This document shows positions 63,425 to 64,000 of a DNA stretch of 64,000 nucleotides, one piece after another. The translations under genes were made by a program, and so were the position numbers. Below the pieces are notes generated by a model that saw nothing but the letters and a program-made list of their open reading frames with translations, did no database searches and had not been told where the DNA came from. The stretch's first letter is position 1. Every line of letters starts with the position of its first letter. Source of the stretch: Vicugna vicugna (Eukaryota). The stretch covers positions 818,419-882,418 of the forward strand of contig MU058198.1 in the NCBI GenBank assembly GCA_013265495.1. The letters are read 5' to 3'.

Positions 63425-64000
63425 CTGTGAAATGGTACTCCTGATGGTACTTCCTTCAGGGGCTTCGGAAGATTGGATGTGACAAGGCCTGTAGTGGTGG
63501 GGGAGGATTTAGCACATACAGTCTTCTCATTTGTGTTTGCTTTGTCTCCTGCCCCAGGACACAGACCCAGAGAGGGACTCGGAAAATGCCCACTGGTCCA
63601 TGTTCCACTAGACGCCAGACGTGGACCTGAACGCGCAGAGAAGCGGCGAATGCAGGTGAGGAGCAAGGAGAATGGGTGAGACCAGGGGCAGGAGGCTGGG
63701 GAGAGCTGGGGTCACACCCCCGTTCCACCTCCTAGTTAGGCCTGGGATGATAGCCCCTACCCATCAGGGTTACAGTGAAGACAGAGATGCCTGGAAAGCG
63801 TGTGGCTCCTCAGAGGTGGCTGATGAGCTGGGACGTGTCCTCTGGGCTTTGGAGCCACACAGTCCTGGATCTGAATCAAGCTCTGTCATTTCCTAGCTAC
63901 ATGGCCCTTCTGAAGGCCCTTTGTGTCTCTGCATTTTAGTTTCCCAGTCTATAAAACAAGTATGCTGTAAAGTGAAACGAGATGATACAGTTTGTCTCCA

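Noticed and set aside
1..64000. CRISPR arrays, operons, prokaryotic or viral systems, or a retinoic-acid DR5 element
   Set aside because: No regularly spaced repeat-spacer array, no gene-dense foreign segment, and no convincing DR5 seen by eye; a motif scan would be needed to exclude a RARE.

Overview
Mammalian genomic DNA, most likely a camelid: the young SINEs are tRNA-Ala-derived Vic-1-type elements, and I saw no Alu, B1, Bov-tA or PRE-1. The first 23 kb hold the complete GPRC5B gene (class C orphan GPCR, RAIG2) on the minus strand. It has a non-coding exon 1 in a CpG island (donor at 22465), coding exons at 13528-12499, 4834-4722 and 3425-3381 (1188 nt, 395 aa if the first conserved ATG is used), and a 3' UTR with poly(A) signals at 1861-1866 and 322-327. 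The extreme left end may be the last codons and 3' UTR of the convergent neighbour IQCK. The remaining ~40 kb is repeat-rich upstream intergenic DNA (L1, L2/MIR, MaLR/MER21 LTRs, hAT MITEs, microsatellites). I found no evidence of a new multi-gene system, and almost all ORFs in the track are chance, antisense-shadow or repeat-derived. The best leads are: GG where the exon-2 acceptor AG is expected; a candidate 73-nt cassette exon in intron 3 that would swap the C-terminus, with RBFOX motifs nearby; an intact, tail-less tRNA-Ala(AGC) cloverleaf; a minus-strand 78-nt hairpin; a helically phased octamer triplet; exon-1 uORFs; and a 21-bp exact distant duplication. Repeat family names and boundaries were judged by eye and are approximate. 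Comparisons to human or mouse are from memory and need checking.
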